A stretch of 64,000 nucleotides of DNA from Octopus vulgaris (GCA_951406725.2 OX597836.1:17670001-17734000); one strand, 5' to 3'; numbered from the stretch's first letter, positions 1 through 13,932 are shown. The notes: generated by a model not told the origin, from the sequence alone. Program-made: numbers and translations.

Positions 1-169
1 GTAATTTTGAGGAAGGGTTTACGTCGATTACACCTAGCCCAGTGGTCAACTGCTACTTATTCTATCGACCACGAATGGGACGAAAGCCAAAGTCGACCAT
101 ACTTGTTAATGTGTCGTCTATTGGGCATCCACGATTCTGAGCCATATAAGAGAATAGTAAGAATATACA

Positions 170-172
<3 letters not shown>

Positions 173-208
<36 letters not shown>

Positions 209-209
209 C

Positions 210-301
<92 letters not shown>

Positions 302-320
302 ATATATGTATCTTTCTCTC

Positions 321-395
<75 letters not shown>

Positions 396-452
396 GAGAA
401 AGGGAGAGGGAGAGAAAGGGAGAGAGAGAGAGGCAGAGAGAGACAGTCAGAC

Positions 453-497
<45 letters not shown>

Positions 498-781
498 TAC
501 AGACAGATAGAGAGAGAGAGAGATGGACACACACACAGGAACAGTGAGAGAGGGGGAGAGAAAGAAAGGAAGGAAGAGAGAGAGAGAGAAAACATAGGAG
601 TGAGAAAGATTGATAGAAATTACGGAAACAGAAATTTAGAGAAAGGGAGAAAGAGAAAGTGAGGAACATTGAACTACAAAGAGAGTAACAGAGAAAGAAA
701 GAGAAAGAAAGAGAGAAGGAAAGAGAGACAAATGAGAAAGGAGACAATGCGCATGATGAGCATATGAGAGAAGAATAAGAG

Positions 782-820
<39 letters not shown>

Positions 821-960
821 AGAAAGAAAGAAAGAGAAGAAAGAAAGAATGTAAGAAAATGTATCTGCAGTGAGAAGGATAGAAAGCAAGAGAGAGAGAG
901 AGAGAGAGAGATTGAGAGAGAGAAGTGTAAGAAGGTGTAGAATCAACGCGCGAGATAAAG
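173..960. repeat. Compound microsatellite (TA)n-(TG)n-(TA)n followed by a GA-rich tract
   Basis: Directly visible simple repeats; they explain the low-complexity ORFs at 7-1024. Confidence 0.97.
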
Positions 961-1140
961 TGGTAAAACGGAAGTGAGGGTGAGGAAGGAAGAAACTATA
1001 ATCACAATGAATTATACATGACAAAATGGCGAAATTGTCACCGAAATAAGATGGAAGCTATTTTTTTTTTTTTGCTTTCGTCTTTCATTTTTGTTTCATG
1101 TATTTTACGTGTTTATTTATTTATCAATTTATTATTCCTA

Positions 1141-1475
<335 letters not shown>

Positions 1476-2040
1476 TGCTTTTGGCTCTTGTATTCAGTGT
1501 GTTTCTTGTTAATAAATTATGGTTAGTTCTTGAGACATGCTGATTTCTGCACTCGCATTCGTCAGCTTTCAACATTGTTCTCTTGTTCTGTTACAGTTTT
1601 ATTATCATTTCCCCACCCCCCTAATAGCCGAGTGGTTAACGTGTAAAATTATTAATGCAATGCAATTATAGTGCAACGGGTAGTCAGTTCGTGTAACGAT
1701 GTACATTTTTTATTATTTTTATATCTCTTATTTGTTTCAGTCATTGAACTGCGCCCATGTCATTTTAGTCGTAGAAATTGACCCGAATACTTTGTGTTTG
1801 AAAGTCTGGTACGTATTTTATCAGTCGCGTTTGGCCGAACCGCTGATAGATGTGGATATGAACAAAACAGCACCGGTTATAAAAACAGTGGTGAGGTGAC
1901 AAACACAAACACAGACACTCACAAATTCTGGTACGCATTTTATCAGACACGCACACATATTGCACTCACGATTGCGACATCGTGGTTTCAATTCCTAGAC
2001 CAGGTAGTGCGTTGTGTTCTTGAGCAAAACAATTCATCTC

Positions 2041-2360
2041 ATTATTTACATTATTTACATTATTTACATTTGACGGATATTTGTTCTCATCTTGTTTGTT
2101 GTTAACACAAGACGAGGACAAATATCCTTCAAATGTAAATAATGTAAATAATGTACATAATTCCTCATTTCTTAAATATAGAACTGAATTCATCTTATGT
2201 TGCTCTGCGATCACCTCGATGCCTGATGAGTGGTATACCGTTGAAACAGTCCTTCCCGCAAAGCAAATTAAATAAAATTTGGAATTTTTTGCGGAGGGTG
2301 AAATTGGTTACAAGGACAGGACAGTGAGAACAAAACAGAAAAAACAAACGGTGAGGGCTG
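2041..2360. mobile_element. Penelope-like terminal fragment with fold-back (arms about 2041-2100 and 2103-2161) and a degenerate hammerhead-like core
   Basis: ATTATTTACATT...GGATATTTGTTCTCATCTTG is mirrored by CAAGACGAGGACAAATATCC...AATGTAAATAAT. CTGATGA...GAAAC occurs near 2223-2246. 2270-2340 resembles 39955-40010. Confidence 0.5.
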
Positions 2361-2991
2361 TTAAGCCGAGACGATAGAAAAATATTCTGAACGCGAGGAC
2401 AACGTACTTATGAAGGAGACAGTATAAGCACGTCCTTTCTTTTCGAAGCAAATAAGTATTAAAGATATCAAAGTATTACTGCAATACGGCCGTTTCAGGC
2501 CGCTCCATTTAATCGAACAATGCAAAACCATTACATCAATTTGAAATATAGCGCCATCTTCAGTTGCAAAATACAAATTTTCAGCAGTCAGGATGTTCAA
2601 TTATAATCTTTAGCAAATATTTCATCAGAGCTAGAGAAGTAAGACTTCCATGTTGCTATCAATGTAGCAGACTAAAAGAAACAATTACACTTTTGGAATG
2701 GGAGAAGTGGAGACACAGTAGGGGTCATGAGATTGGCAATTTAGCTACAATTTTTATCTGTCATCTTATCACCATCAAAAGATCTAACGCAGCTATTATT
2801 AAAACACTAGGAGTTCACAGTTAAATTCTAGTTGGTGATCATATATTAATATTGTTAGATATTCACCCAAACCCTAATTATTTATGGCTATAGTATCACT
2901 TGACCACATAGAAAAACAAATCTCAGAGGAAGTCATTCAGATAATGGTAAATGCCCAGTAAAATAGGTAGAGTGGAGTGACACAAACTCTT

Positions 2992-3345
2992 GAGCTGGCA
3001 GAAACGTTAGCACGCCGGGCGAAATGCTTAGCGGTATTTCGTCTGTCTTTATGTTCTGAGTTCAAATTTCGCCGAGGTTGACTTTGCCTTTCATCCTTTT
3101 GGGGTCGATTAAATAAGTACCAGTTACTCACTGGGGTCGATATACTCGATTTAATAACTTTGTCTGTCCTTGATTGTCCTCTCTGTGTTTAGCCCCTTGT
3201 GGGTAGTAAAGAAATAGGTATTTCGTCTGCCGTTACGTTCTGAGTTCAAATTCCAGTTACGCACTGGGTTCGATGTAATCGACTTAATCCCTTTGTCTGT
3301 CTTTGTCACCTCTATGTTTATCCCCTTGTGGGCAATAAAGGAATA
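2992..3345 (+). mobile_element. tRNA-derived SINE family A, partial-tandem (two-unit) copy
   Basis: Head GAGCTGGCAGAAACGTTAGCAC (A-box-like), B box GAGTTCAAATT, 3' end GCCCCTTGTGGGTAGTAAAGAAATA. More than 10 homologous copies occur in the window. Confidence 0.9.
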
Positions 3346-3583
3346 TATTATCAGTTGAAGGGCCTACAATAGAAAATATAGGACCAGCAACTAGCCCGAT
3401 AAAGGCTAGTAGGCCGAAACTTCGAAGTCAATGGCGACAGTCTTCTTGTAGAAGTATATTAAATATGTACTTCACAAAAAGGTGTGGAGTAATTCCTCAG
3501 TTTTATGTTAAATAGTTTTAGATTTAACTCAACATAATAACAATGTAAAATATATATATGCACGTGTTTGTACATATCTGTGT

Positions 3584-3984
3584 GCAGGAGTGGCTGTGTG
3601 GTAAGTAGCTTGCTAACCAACCACATGGTTCCGGGTTCAGTCCCACTGCGTGGCATCTTGGGCAAGTGTCTTCTGCTATAGCCCCGGGCCGACCAGTGCC
3701 TTGTGAGTGGATTTGGTAGACGGAAACTGAAAGAAGCCTGTCGTATATATGTATATATATATATATATGTATGTGTGTGTTTGTGTGTCTGTGTTTGTCC
3801 CCCTAGCATTGCCTGACAACCGATGCTGGTGTGTTTACGTCCCCGTCATTTAGTGGTTCGGCAAAAAAGTACTGGGCTTACAAAGAATAAGTTCCGGGGT
3901 CGATTTGCTCGACTGAAGGCGGTCCTCCAGCATGGCCGCAGTCAAATGACTGAAACAAGTAAAAGAGTAAAAGAGTAAAAGAGT
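3584..3984 (+). mobile_element. tRNA-derived SINE family B (bipartite, internal TA/TG linker, (GTAAAAGA)n tail)
   Basis: A box TGGCTGTGTGG, B-box-like GGTTCAGTCCC, tandem 3' tail. Near-identical to 59732-60152 and to 56091-56746 (-). Confidence 0.92.
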
Positions 3985-4100
3985 ATAGGTCTCTGAAACA
4001 ACTGTAGAAACTTGTTAAGAAATCTAGAGGAAAGCTCCAATGTAAATAACAGATCATAAAAATACATTAAGTTAAATATCCCTTAGATGGGGAAAAAGAG

Positions 4101-4176
4101 GGTTACTGCTCGTAGACCGAACCAGGATCTCTTAGTAACCCAGACATACATGCTACCAATCACACTAACGCAGCTC
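4101..4176 (-). pseudogene. Degenerate tRNA-like sequence (SINE head or pseudo-tRNA)
   Basis: Minus strand reads GCTGCG-TTAGTGTGATTGGTAGCA...CCTGGTTCGGTCT...GCAGT followed by TTTTT; the stems are imperfect. Confidence 0.4.
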
Positions 4177-4369
4177 ACGGAGGTCATTTCTTAAAAAAAT
4201 AATCGGCTGAAACATTTCTTTGAGTTATAAAATTCCGTGTTTCGAGTCCTGCTGGAAGCGTTCTGTCATTCTTCTTCCGCCGAAGCTTTTTTTTTTTTTG
4301 TTTTAATCTTATGCATTACGAATTAATATTTATAGCTGGATCCGCATTAAGACACATCATTAACGCTTG

Positions 4370-4372
<3 letters not shown>

Positions 4373-4410
<38 letters not shown>

Positions 4411-4411
4411 A

Positions 4412-4468
<57 letters not shown>

Positions 4469-4510
4469 ACATACACACACACACATACACACACACACAA
4501 ACACACACAT

Positions 4511-4543
<33 letters not shown>

Positions 4544-4592
4544 CACACACACATACACACACACACAAACACACACACACATACACATACAC

Positions 4593-4655
<63 letters not shown>

Positions 4656-4696
4656 CACACACACACACACATACACACACAAACACACATATACAC

Positions 4697-4727
<31 letters not shown>

Positions 4728-4930
4728 TACACACACATGCATATAAACATATGCATATAGACACACGCACAAGCACTTTATATACATATGTGTGTGTGTG
4801 TGTATGTGTGTACGTGCAGGTGTATATGTATCTGTCTAAATGCCTGTCTGCCCATCTTCCTTTCTCTCTTCCTATCGCTCTTCCTCTATATTTTACACAC
4901 ATACATATATATGCGTGCATATATGTGTGA

Positions 4931-4978
<48 letters not shown>

Positions 4979-5262
4979 TTGCGCGTGTGGGTGAGTGTGC
5001 ATGCGTGTGTGGGTTTGTGTGTATATACGTATTTTTGTATATATTTCTGACTATATGTATAGATATGTGCATGTTCACTCTTACACACATACACAGACAA
5101 ACAATCTATATATGTACCTACCTACCAACCTACCTGCCTACCTATGTACGTACGTACGTACCTACCTACCTATTTATCTATCTACCTATACATCCATCCA
5201 TCTATCTGTCCATCTATGTATCGATCTATCTATTTATGTATCTATCTAATTATCCATCCATC

Positions 5263-5354
<92 letters not shown>

Positions 5355-5439
5355 GTCTCTCTGTCTGCACCACTGTCTGTCTGTCTGTCTGTGTATCTAT
5401 CAATCTGTTTGTCTGTTTATCTGTCTGTCTATCTGCCTG

Positions 5440-5525
<86 letters not shown>
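4373..5525. repeat. Compound (CA)n, (TA)n, (TACC)n, (TATC)n, (CT)n microsatellite block
   Basis: Directly visible. Confidence 0.96.
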
Positions 5526-5876
5526 CACAGAGACATACAAATGCTACACTGAGAACCTGCATTCTATACACGATATATCGATTTCTCTCAACAACCTCGC
5601 CATCTCACCAAATTCTTCCATCCCTCTTACACCTCCCACCTCTCACCTACCCGTTCTACACCCTAACCGCTCCTCACCCGTTTCTTTTTTCATCTTGTTT
5701 TGTTTTATTTTATTTATTTGAAACATACAACAGGTTGTATTGCCGAGGGACACAATTTCTATAACGGAGATAGGATTGCGAAAGAATTGACAGTTCTCGT
5801 GAACTCAGGTTAACACTTACAAGACAGTGAAAAGCGGGGAAGGATTTAAGGCGAACAATTGTGATACAGGCTATAC

Positions 5877-6193
5877 TAGTAGTAGTAGTAGTAGTAATAG
5901 AAAACAGTATTGTTGTTACTAATGCTACTACTACTACCACAAACTATATCAAGAACAAGAACGCCAATGTTAATAATATTTGTGAGAAGGCTAACAAAGT
6001 AATAGTAGTAGTGGTAGTGGCAGTGGTTATGGTAGTTGTAGTAGTAGCTACTACTATTACTACTACTACTACTACAGATATTGATAACAAGAATACCAAC
6101 AACGGTCATTAAAACTACTCAACCGCCACGGTAATGATGAAGGTAGTAGTCGAAGACTAGAAAGTAGTAGCAGTAGTAGTAGTAGTAGTAGTG

Positions 6194-6261
<68 letters not shown>

Positions 6262-6534
6262 TGTAGTATTAGCTTCAATCCTTTAAAAGCTTCCATTCCA
6301 ACTTTTATAAAATAGACGAAAACAACAATGTCTAAAGTTAATGATTTTCAAAGAAATGTAAAATGAAAAAAAAAACAAAAAAAAAAAAACAAAACCCGGA
6401 AAGCAATGATGTACTATTATGTCATAACACTCTACTGTAGGTATTTGCAGAGCTTGGAACTGCCAATATCTTATGGAATGGCATTAATAATGACAACAAC
6501 AACAGTAATGATGATAATAACAACAATAATAATG

Positions 6535-6574
<40 letters not shown>

Positions 6575-6621
6575 TAATAATAATAATAATAATGATGATA
6601 ATAATGATGATAATAATGATG

Positions 6622-6667
<46 letters not shown>

Positions 6668-6846
6668 TGATAATGATGATGATAATAATAATAATATCAA
6701 TAATAATAATAATGATAATAATAATGATAATAATAATAATGATAATGATAATGATGATAATATTTATAATAATATTAATAATAATAATAATAATGATGAT
6801 AATAATGATGATAATAATAATATTAATAATGATAATGATAATGATG

Positions 6847-6889
<43 letters not shown>

Positions 6890-6910
6890 TAATAATAATA
6901 ATAGTAATAA
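5877..6910. repeat. (TAG)n tracts and (ATA/ATG)n tract
   Basis: Directly visible trinucleotide repeats at about 6160-6262 and 6488-6910. Confidence 0.93.
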
Positions 6911-6914
6911 TTTT

Positions 6915-7108
6915 GGCACGAGGCCACCAATTTTAGGAGAGGGGGTAAGCCGATTGGATCGACTCCAGTGTTCAACTGGTAATTATTTTATCGACTCCAA
7001 AAGGATGAAAAGCAAAACTAATCTCGGTGGAATTTGAACTTGGAACGTAAAAACGGACGGGATGCCACTAAGCATTTTATCCGGTGTGATTACGATTCTG
7101 CCAGCTCA
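6915..7108 (-). mobile_element. Older, diverged SINE family A copy
   Basis: AAGGATGAAAAGCAAAA...GGAATTTGAACT...GATTCTGCCAGCTC is the reverse complement of the family A head and body. Confidence 0.75.
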
Positions 7109-7474
7109 CAAGGGCTTAAGGCATGGAGGACGATATCAAAAAACGAGATACAACACATAAAATCGATGGGGTCCATATGGATCAAAGAGATATACTACTA
7201 CAATAAAGGACATAACAAAAGGAAATATAATTAGAAATTTGAAAAATGAATAATCAATAAATAAAAATCCCCAATAGCGGTGTCGTCCACTTCGGGTGAT
7301 TCGGGGTAAAATTCACGCAAAAAAGTCCCGGATTAGTCTGCCATCACAAAGGCATGGGAAGTGCCACTTTGTAATTTCACCACCTCCACCTCACAAAAAA
7401 AGAAAAAAGAGAAAACTCAAATAACAAATATATACACTAATTCAACTCTACCATATATGGTTTAAAGTTTAGTC

Positions 7475-8065
7475 CTGTTGCGTGGCACTTTGAGCAAGCA
7501 AGTGTCTTCTAACATGGCCTCGTGACGACTAAGCGTTTGCGAGTGGATTTGGGTGACGGAAACTGTAGAATCTTGTCGTTAGTAAAAGAGAAAGAATGCA
7601 TTTCTTGTAATTGACATGTGAACTTCGAAACAGGCGTAAAGACGAAATTGATCCAGACAAAATTTAAAGTCATAAGTAGAACGTCGAAAAAAAAATTGTA
7701 AGATATTTTATTTACCTTATTAACGAATCTTATCGAATCTGTTTTATGCTTCTTTTTTTACTTGTTTCAGTCACAAAAACTGCGGTCATGGTGGAGCAAT
7801 ACAACACCTTCAAGTTTTTTTTTAATAATAAAATAGCTCGACACACGTTGTCAACCGCTGTATGGGAAGGGACAAACAAAACACAAAGACACACTCACAC
7901 ACATATGCATACGACAGATTTCCCCACATATTCTGTCTATTGAATTCACTCATTAGGCATTGGCGGCCTGTGTCTATTGTAGAAGAATCTTACAAAAAGG
8001 GTTTTGCAGTTGGATTGAACCAAAATGCTCGTGGCTTCAAAGCGAGCGTCTCAACCAGACAGCCA
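7475..8065. mobile_element. Diverged SINE family B fragments (+ at about 7475-7580; - at about 7750-8065)
   Basis: GCAAGTGTCTTCT...GTGGATTTGG...GACGGAAACTG and TACTTGTTTCAGTCA...CTGCGGTCATG motifs. Confidence 0.65.
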
Positions 8066-8550
8066 TGCCCTGCTGAGATGCTTAAAACGTCTGTTTTAGA
8101 TGACAATACTTTTAGTAATATGGTTATTTAACTGAAAACGAATCGTTACAAGAACACGTGGAAAATTAATGACGTTCATGGTTAGATTGTAAAGTTGCTA
8201 ATTAAATGATCACGTGATTAAGAAGACTTTGGCATGTTTAATAAGGTCGGCAGCTAATTAGACAGTTGTCTGATCAGACACAGTACAAAAGACAAATAGT
8301 GTCTTTCCTAAGTAACATCTGGATGGACTCAATGACTTTCCGCTGCACACAAACTGATTTATACTTCACTGTAAACAGTCGCAATGTTTACAATATTTCC
8401 CTGTGTGTATGTATGTATGTATGTATGTATGTATGTATGTATGTATGTATGTATGTATGTATGTATGTATGTATGTATGTATATACATACATACATACAT
8501 ACATACATACACACATATATATATACATACATATATATATGTATATATAT

Positions 8551-9072
8551 ATATTAGGGAGTATAACTCCAAATTTACAGGGAAAAATTCAATTTAGTAT
8601 TAAAGCAAATTTCACAATATAGATATATATATATATATAATATAAATTAGAGATAAAACCACTATTATGCAACTCAAACAGTGATAGACATAAACCAATA
8701 CATAAATAACAAATAATAGATATTTTATACTTTTTGAAATCTAGTTATATGTTTTATAAAAGTATATCTTATTTGTTATTTATGCTTTGGTTTATGTCTA
8801 TTACTGTTTGAAATGCATAATAGTAGTTTTATCTCTAATTTATATATATATATATTATATGAAATTAGAGATAAAACCACTATTAGGCAAATCAAACAAT
8901 GAAAAATATAAGCCAATACATAAAATTAATTAATTTATTTCATTGTTTGATTTGCCTAATAGTGGTTTTATCTCTAATTTAATATAATATAATATAATAT
9001 ATTTATACTATAAAATTGGATTTAACCCTAAATCTGATTTTTCCCTGTAAGTTTGGATTTATTCCCTAATAT
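8551..9072. mobile_element. Nested fold-back cluster of Penelope-like termini in (TA)n
   Basis: Four copies of AAATTAGAGATAAAACCACTATT or its reverse complement form hairpins 8644-8841 and 8862-8980, enclosed by outer arms about 8551-8620 and 9010-9072. The same terminus recurs at 52876-52910. Confidence 0.7.
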
Positions 9073-9252
9073 TTTATTATATATATATAATGGAGAAATC
9101 GTTCAAAATGTATAAATGATTGAAGAGTAAAACACCGGCACAGTTTCGATTACCTGTTGTTATCTGTAAATTCACTGCAGGGACTTCGTAGTGGCGTTTG
9201 GGGTAACAGTATTAATAAAATAGGAGACCGAATGTGTAATAGACTTTATTGG

Positions 9253-9294
9253 GTACAACGCATGTTTCCGTCCGTTCTGGGTCTCTTCAGGTAC
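9253..9294 (-). ncRNA. Type I hammerhead-like motif (degenerate stem II)
   Basis: Minus strand: gtac CTGAAGA gacc-cagaac-ggac g GAAAC atgc GTT gtac. Confidence 0.5.
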
Positions 9295-9764
9295 ATCAAT
9301 AAAACGTCACACTAGAGATTTCTTGAGTTGGGTTAGGTACCGATATATGTCCGTCAAATTCGAGAATGAGTAAAATCAGAGAAAAATTATTGAAACGCAA
9401 AAAATTCAAATTTGAACGTGGAAAATATACATTCTAGTTTGAGGAAATGACGTAATCATCTTTCGCTGTTGTAACTCTTAAGAGAAAGAAAAGGAAGAAG
9501 TTGAAAGGAAGATGATACTTAGACGAAATTCTTTTTGTAATCGTGCGTATACATACACAGAGATTCGCGCTCAAACACGCACATCCATGTCTATGGGCAT
9601 ATACATATAACTAGATACACGCGCTTACGCACACGTATGGACGAATATATACACATATATGTATAGGAACTTGTATACACAGGTACACACGTGTGTGAAA
9701 AACATCAAACACACGCACATACGTGTTAATACACTTGCATATACACATAATTAAATATATATAC

Positions 9765-9829
<65 letters not shown>

Positions 9830-10063
9830 TACATATACATACATATATATGCACACAAATATATATATATATAAATAAATAAATGGAGATTAACGCAGGT
9901 ATAGTTCAAATACTTTTACTTCCGATATGTGTATGTGTATGTATATATATATACACATATAAACATACGCCCACATACACGCTTACACATATTCACACTA
10001 ATATACATACATACGTATACCTACAAAAACGAAATTGCGCACGTATGAAAATGAAGACATATA

Positions 10064-10147
<84 letters not shown>

Positions 10148-10636
10148 ATATACACAGATATGTACACACACACACATACACACACACATGTATATACATA
10201 TATTCATATACATATATGAATGTAGATTGCGAGATCATATGTCAGATACACGTTATTCGAACATAGTTCCTGAAGTTCAGGTGTATTTAGAGTTGTGGGC
10301 GCCATGTTTACGTCAAGTTTCGTCGGGATTGTAACATGTGAATGTATGTGCAGCTGCATGTAGGCATCTGGGTAATTGTTCAATGAATTTATCTATAATG
10401 CGCTCCTTTGTTAACATAATCGAGAGTGACTCCTCAGAGCTTCATTGATTATAGAGATGGAGAGTCCATTATTTTTTAAAAAATACTTAGAGATTTTTAG
10501 TACTTTTCACGCTGTACTATGCTACGTTTATGTAGAAAGAATAATGCGTCATGTGTGTGTGAGTCTGGGAATATTGATATGCTCCTGCGGCATCACAGGG
10601 CAAATTGGCATGTAGTACAGGAATAGTAAAAAAGTG

Positions 10637-11215
10637 TTTGCCTTTCGTCCTTTCGGGGTCGATAAATAAAGTACCAGTTACGCACTGGGGTCGATATAAT
10701 CGACTTAATCCGTTTGTCTGTCCTTGTTTGTCCCCTCTATGTTTAGCCCCTTGTGGGCAATAAAGAAATAAGAAACGTTAGCACGTCGGGCGAAATGCTA
10801 GCAAATTTTAGGGCAAGGTTTAATGGATTGCGTTATACTGGACTGGCATTTATTATTTTTTTTCAACCTAAAAATGGATGCAAGACAAAGTTTACCCCAG
10901 CGGTATTTGAAACGAATATCTAAGGCAGCGAGCTGGCAGAAACGTTAGCACGTCGGGCGAAATGCGTAGCCGCATTTCGTCTGCCTTTACGTTCTGGGTT
11001 CAAATTCCGCCGAGGTCGACTTTGCCTTTCATCCTTTCGGGGTCGATAAATAAAGTACCAGTTACGCACTGGGGTCGATATAATCGACTTAATCCGTTTG
11101 TCTGTCCTTGTTTGTCCTCTCTGTGTTTAACCCCTTGTGGGTCGTAAAGAAATAGGTATTTGAAACGAATGCCCCCAAAGTGTTTGCTGCCGAAGCTCTA
11201 CCGATTCGGCCACTA
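10637..11215 (+). mobile_element. SINE family A cluster: 5'-truncated copy (10637-10800) and a full copy (10923-11154) inserted into an older antisense copy
   Basis: Homology to the other family A copies. The direct repeat GGTATTTGAAACGAAT at 10902-10917 and 11155-11170 is a likely target-site duplication (TSD). Confidence 0.88.
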
Positions 11216-11806
11216 CCGTCAGGGATGCAGTTAAAGGAGTTCATATCCTAATGATGCGAATTGGCAAAACCGTCAGGCAACCGGATATGATATTTTACAA
11301 TAATTGCTTTTTCTGCGTTCCGAGTTTAAATCCTGCTGATGTCCATATTGCTCTTCTTCCTCTTTTTTTTCAGTGTCCAAAGGTACAATGGCAGTCAAGC
11401 ATTGGTGTTGACCTATGTCTGTATATCCTTAAATGGACTTAAATTGACTAGATATGTCGCACACTCTCCACTGTTCATTTTATCTCTCTATGGCCGAAGA
11501 TGCAGTAATTAATTTTATTGGTTGCAGAATTATAATGCAGAAGACATTCGGCATTCTTTTCATTGTTCAGTCTGCTTATGTATGGCCTTAGATTCTTGTG
11601 GGATACGTGGTGTATTTGGCCAGAGCTCGCAGATATCGATCCCTCTGTATTCTTGATAGCGTGTCTTCTCAGGCAGTTTTTAAGGAAAGTTGTAGCTCTT
11701 ATTATTGCAATTATTTTCGAAGTACATGGGTATTTGGCCAGAGCAGGCCAATATTCTGATAGGTAGCACAGTTCCAAGTCCAGACTGCAATATTAGTATC
11801 TCTGTT

Positions 11807-12207
11807 GGGCGGTGAGCCGGCAGAATCGTTAGCACGCCGGGCGAAATGCTCAGCGGTATTTTGTCTGCCGTTACGTTCTGTGTTCAAATTCCGCCGAGGT
11901 CGACATTTTCGGGGTCGATTAAAAAAGTACCAGTTACGCATTGGGGTCGATATAATCGCCTTAATCCGTTTGTCTGTCCTTGTTTGTCCTCTCTGTGTTT
12001 AGCCCCTTGTGGGCAGTAAAGAAATAGGTATTTCGTCTGCCGCTACGTTCTGAGTTCAAATTCCGCCAAGGTCGACTTTGCCTTTCATCCTTTAGGGTTC
12101 GATTAAATAAGTACCAGTTTCGCACTGGGGTCAATGTAATCGACTTAATCCCTTTGTTCTTGTTTGTCCTCTCTATGTTTAGCCCCCTGTGGGCAATAAA
12201 GAAATAA
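11807..12207 (+). mobile_element. SINE family A, two-unit copy with diverged TSD
   Basis: Flanked by ATATTAGTATCTCTGT and ATATCAGTACCTCTGT; internal junction AAAGAAATA|GGTATTTCGTCTG. Confidence 0.9.
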
Positions 12208-12418
12208 ATATCAGTACCTCTGTATTCTTAACAGTAAGGCTTCTCAGTTGTTAAGGGATGTGGTGGCCCTTCTTTTTGCAATTATTTTCTCTATATACGG
12301 GGTTCTATCGGGTTCCTTTGGTTGAGTTTGAGAGAGGGTTAATGCCAATACAATGTTGGTTTTAGACATAAATCATTCCACTGTCTCTACAAGTTCCCTA
12401 CCATACCTATATCATTGT

Positions 12419-12835
12419 ATCACCACTACCACCACCACCACCAATACCACCTCCTCCACCACTACCAGCACCAGTACCTCCACCAACACTATCGCCACCA
12501 AAGACGAAAACAACATTTCTTTAAATTCCTGTTCCACAAACAACCACCACCATCGTCGCCCCCACCACCGCCACCACCGCCACCACGAATCCTCCTATTA
12601 GTCTGCACCACCACTACCACCACCATCATTGACATCACCATGACTACCACTACCATTACTACCACCACTGCCGCCACTACAACCTTCACTACCACTAGCA
12701 CCATTGCCGGCACTATCATCAGTGCCACTACTACCACCACAGCCACTACTACCAGCACCACATCATCCTACAGTTCCACCACCGCCGTCGTCATGACCTC
12801 CATGACCCGCCACAACCACCATCACCACTACCACC

Positions 12836-12867
<32 letters not shown>

Positions 12868-13005
12868 CAACAACAAAAACAACCAGTATCCAGTATCAGA
12901 CACAACAATGACCACCACCACCACCACCACCACCACCACCACCACCACCACCACCACCACCACCACCACCACCACCACCGCTACCACCATCATCACGATC
13001 ACCAT
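12419..13005. repeat. Degenerate (CAC/CAA/CAT)n low-complexity tract
   Basis: Directly visible; source of the poly-His/Thr/Val ORFs. Confidence 0.9.
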
Positions 13006-13554
13006 AAGCACTGATACACGAATACTGGATTAATTTGCGATAAGTACCACTAATTAAAGACATGTTTTATTTGACCTCAGCAGGTCATTTTATTTTTCCT
13101 ATTTCTTTAACAATTCACTAATCAAAACTATGTGTGTGTGTGTGTATGGGTATGTATGCGTGTGTCTATGTCTCTGTGCTATGTGTGCTTGTGTCTGTGT
13201 GTATATTTGTGTTAGGTGAATAAGTAGATTAATGGATTGATATGTCATAAGATATAAACATGTGTGTGTGTGTGAGAGAGAGAGTGTGTGTGAGTGTATG
13301 TCTGTGTTATATTTACGAGTATACCTATGACTATACACATATACAGAGAAGTATATACAGACATATCTGCATACACACATAGACACATATGCACACATAT
13401 ACACACATATATTGATGTACATTAATATTCAATTATGCTATCGATTTAGTGTGTATATATATATATATCTATATATCTATAGATAGATATACACATGTGT
13501 ATCTAGGTGCTTGATTCTATGGTTAATTATGCATACACACGCACATACAAGCAC

Positions 13555-13618
<64 letters not shown>

Positions 13619-13666
13619 TATACATACATACATATATATATATATACATATATATACATATATACA

Positions 13667-13697
<31 letters not shown>

Positions 13698-13701
13698 ACA
13701 C

Positions 13702-13732
<31 letters not shown>

Positions 13733-13733
13733 G

Positions 13734-13779
<46 letters not shown>

Positions 13780-13872
13780 GCACTCAAGCCACACAGACCG
13801 CCGTGAGTAATGTGCTTCAGATGAACTGTAAGTAAGCATAATGCTTTATCGTCATCATCATCATCATCATCT

Positions 13873-13930
<58 letters not shown>

Positions 13931-13932
13931 CA

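Noticed and set aside
1531-1570. Minus-strand CTGACGA..GAAA motif; similar weak motifs at about 47782, 49890 and 50079
   Set aside because: Stems I and III cannot be formed convincingly, so these were not counted as ribozymes.
10265-10625. Possible Penelope RT C-terminal remnant on the minus strand (KYFLKNNGLSISIINEALR)
   Set aside because: A single weak resemblance with multiple frame breaks; it needs BLASTX.
12415-13014. His/Thr/Gln-rich ORF resembling a transcription-factor low-complexity region
   Set aside because: Degenerate (CAC)n tract with no adjoining folded domain.
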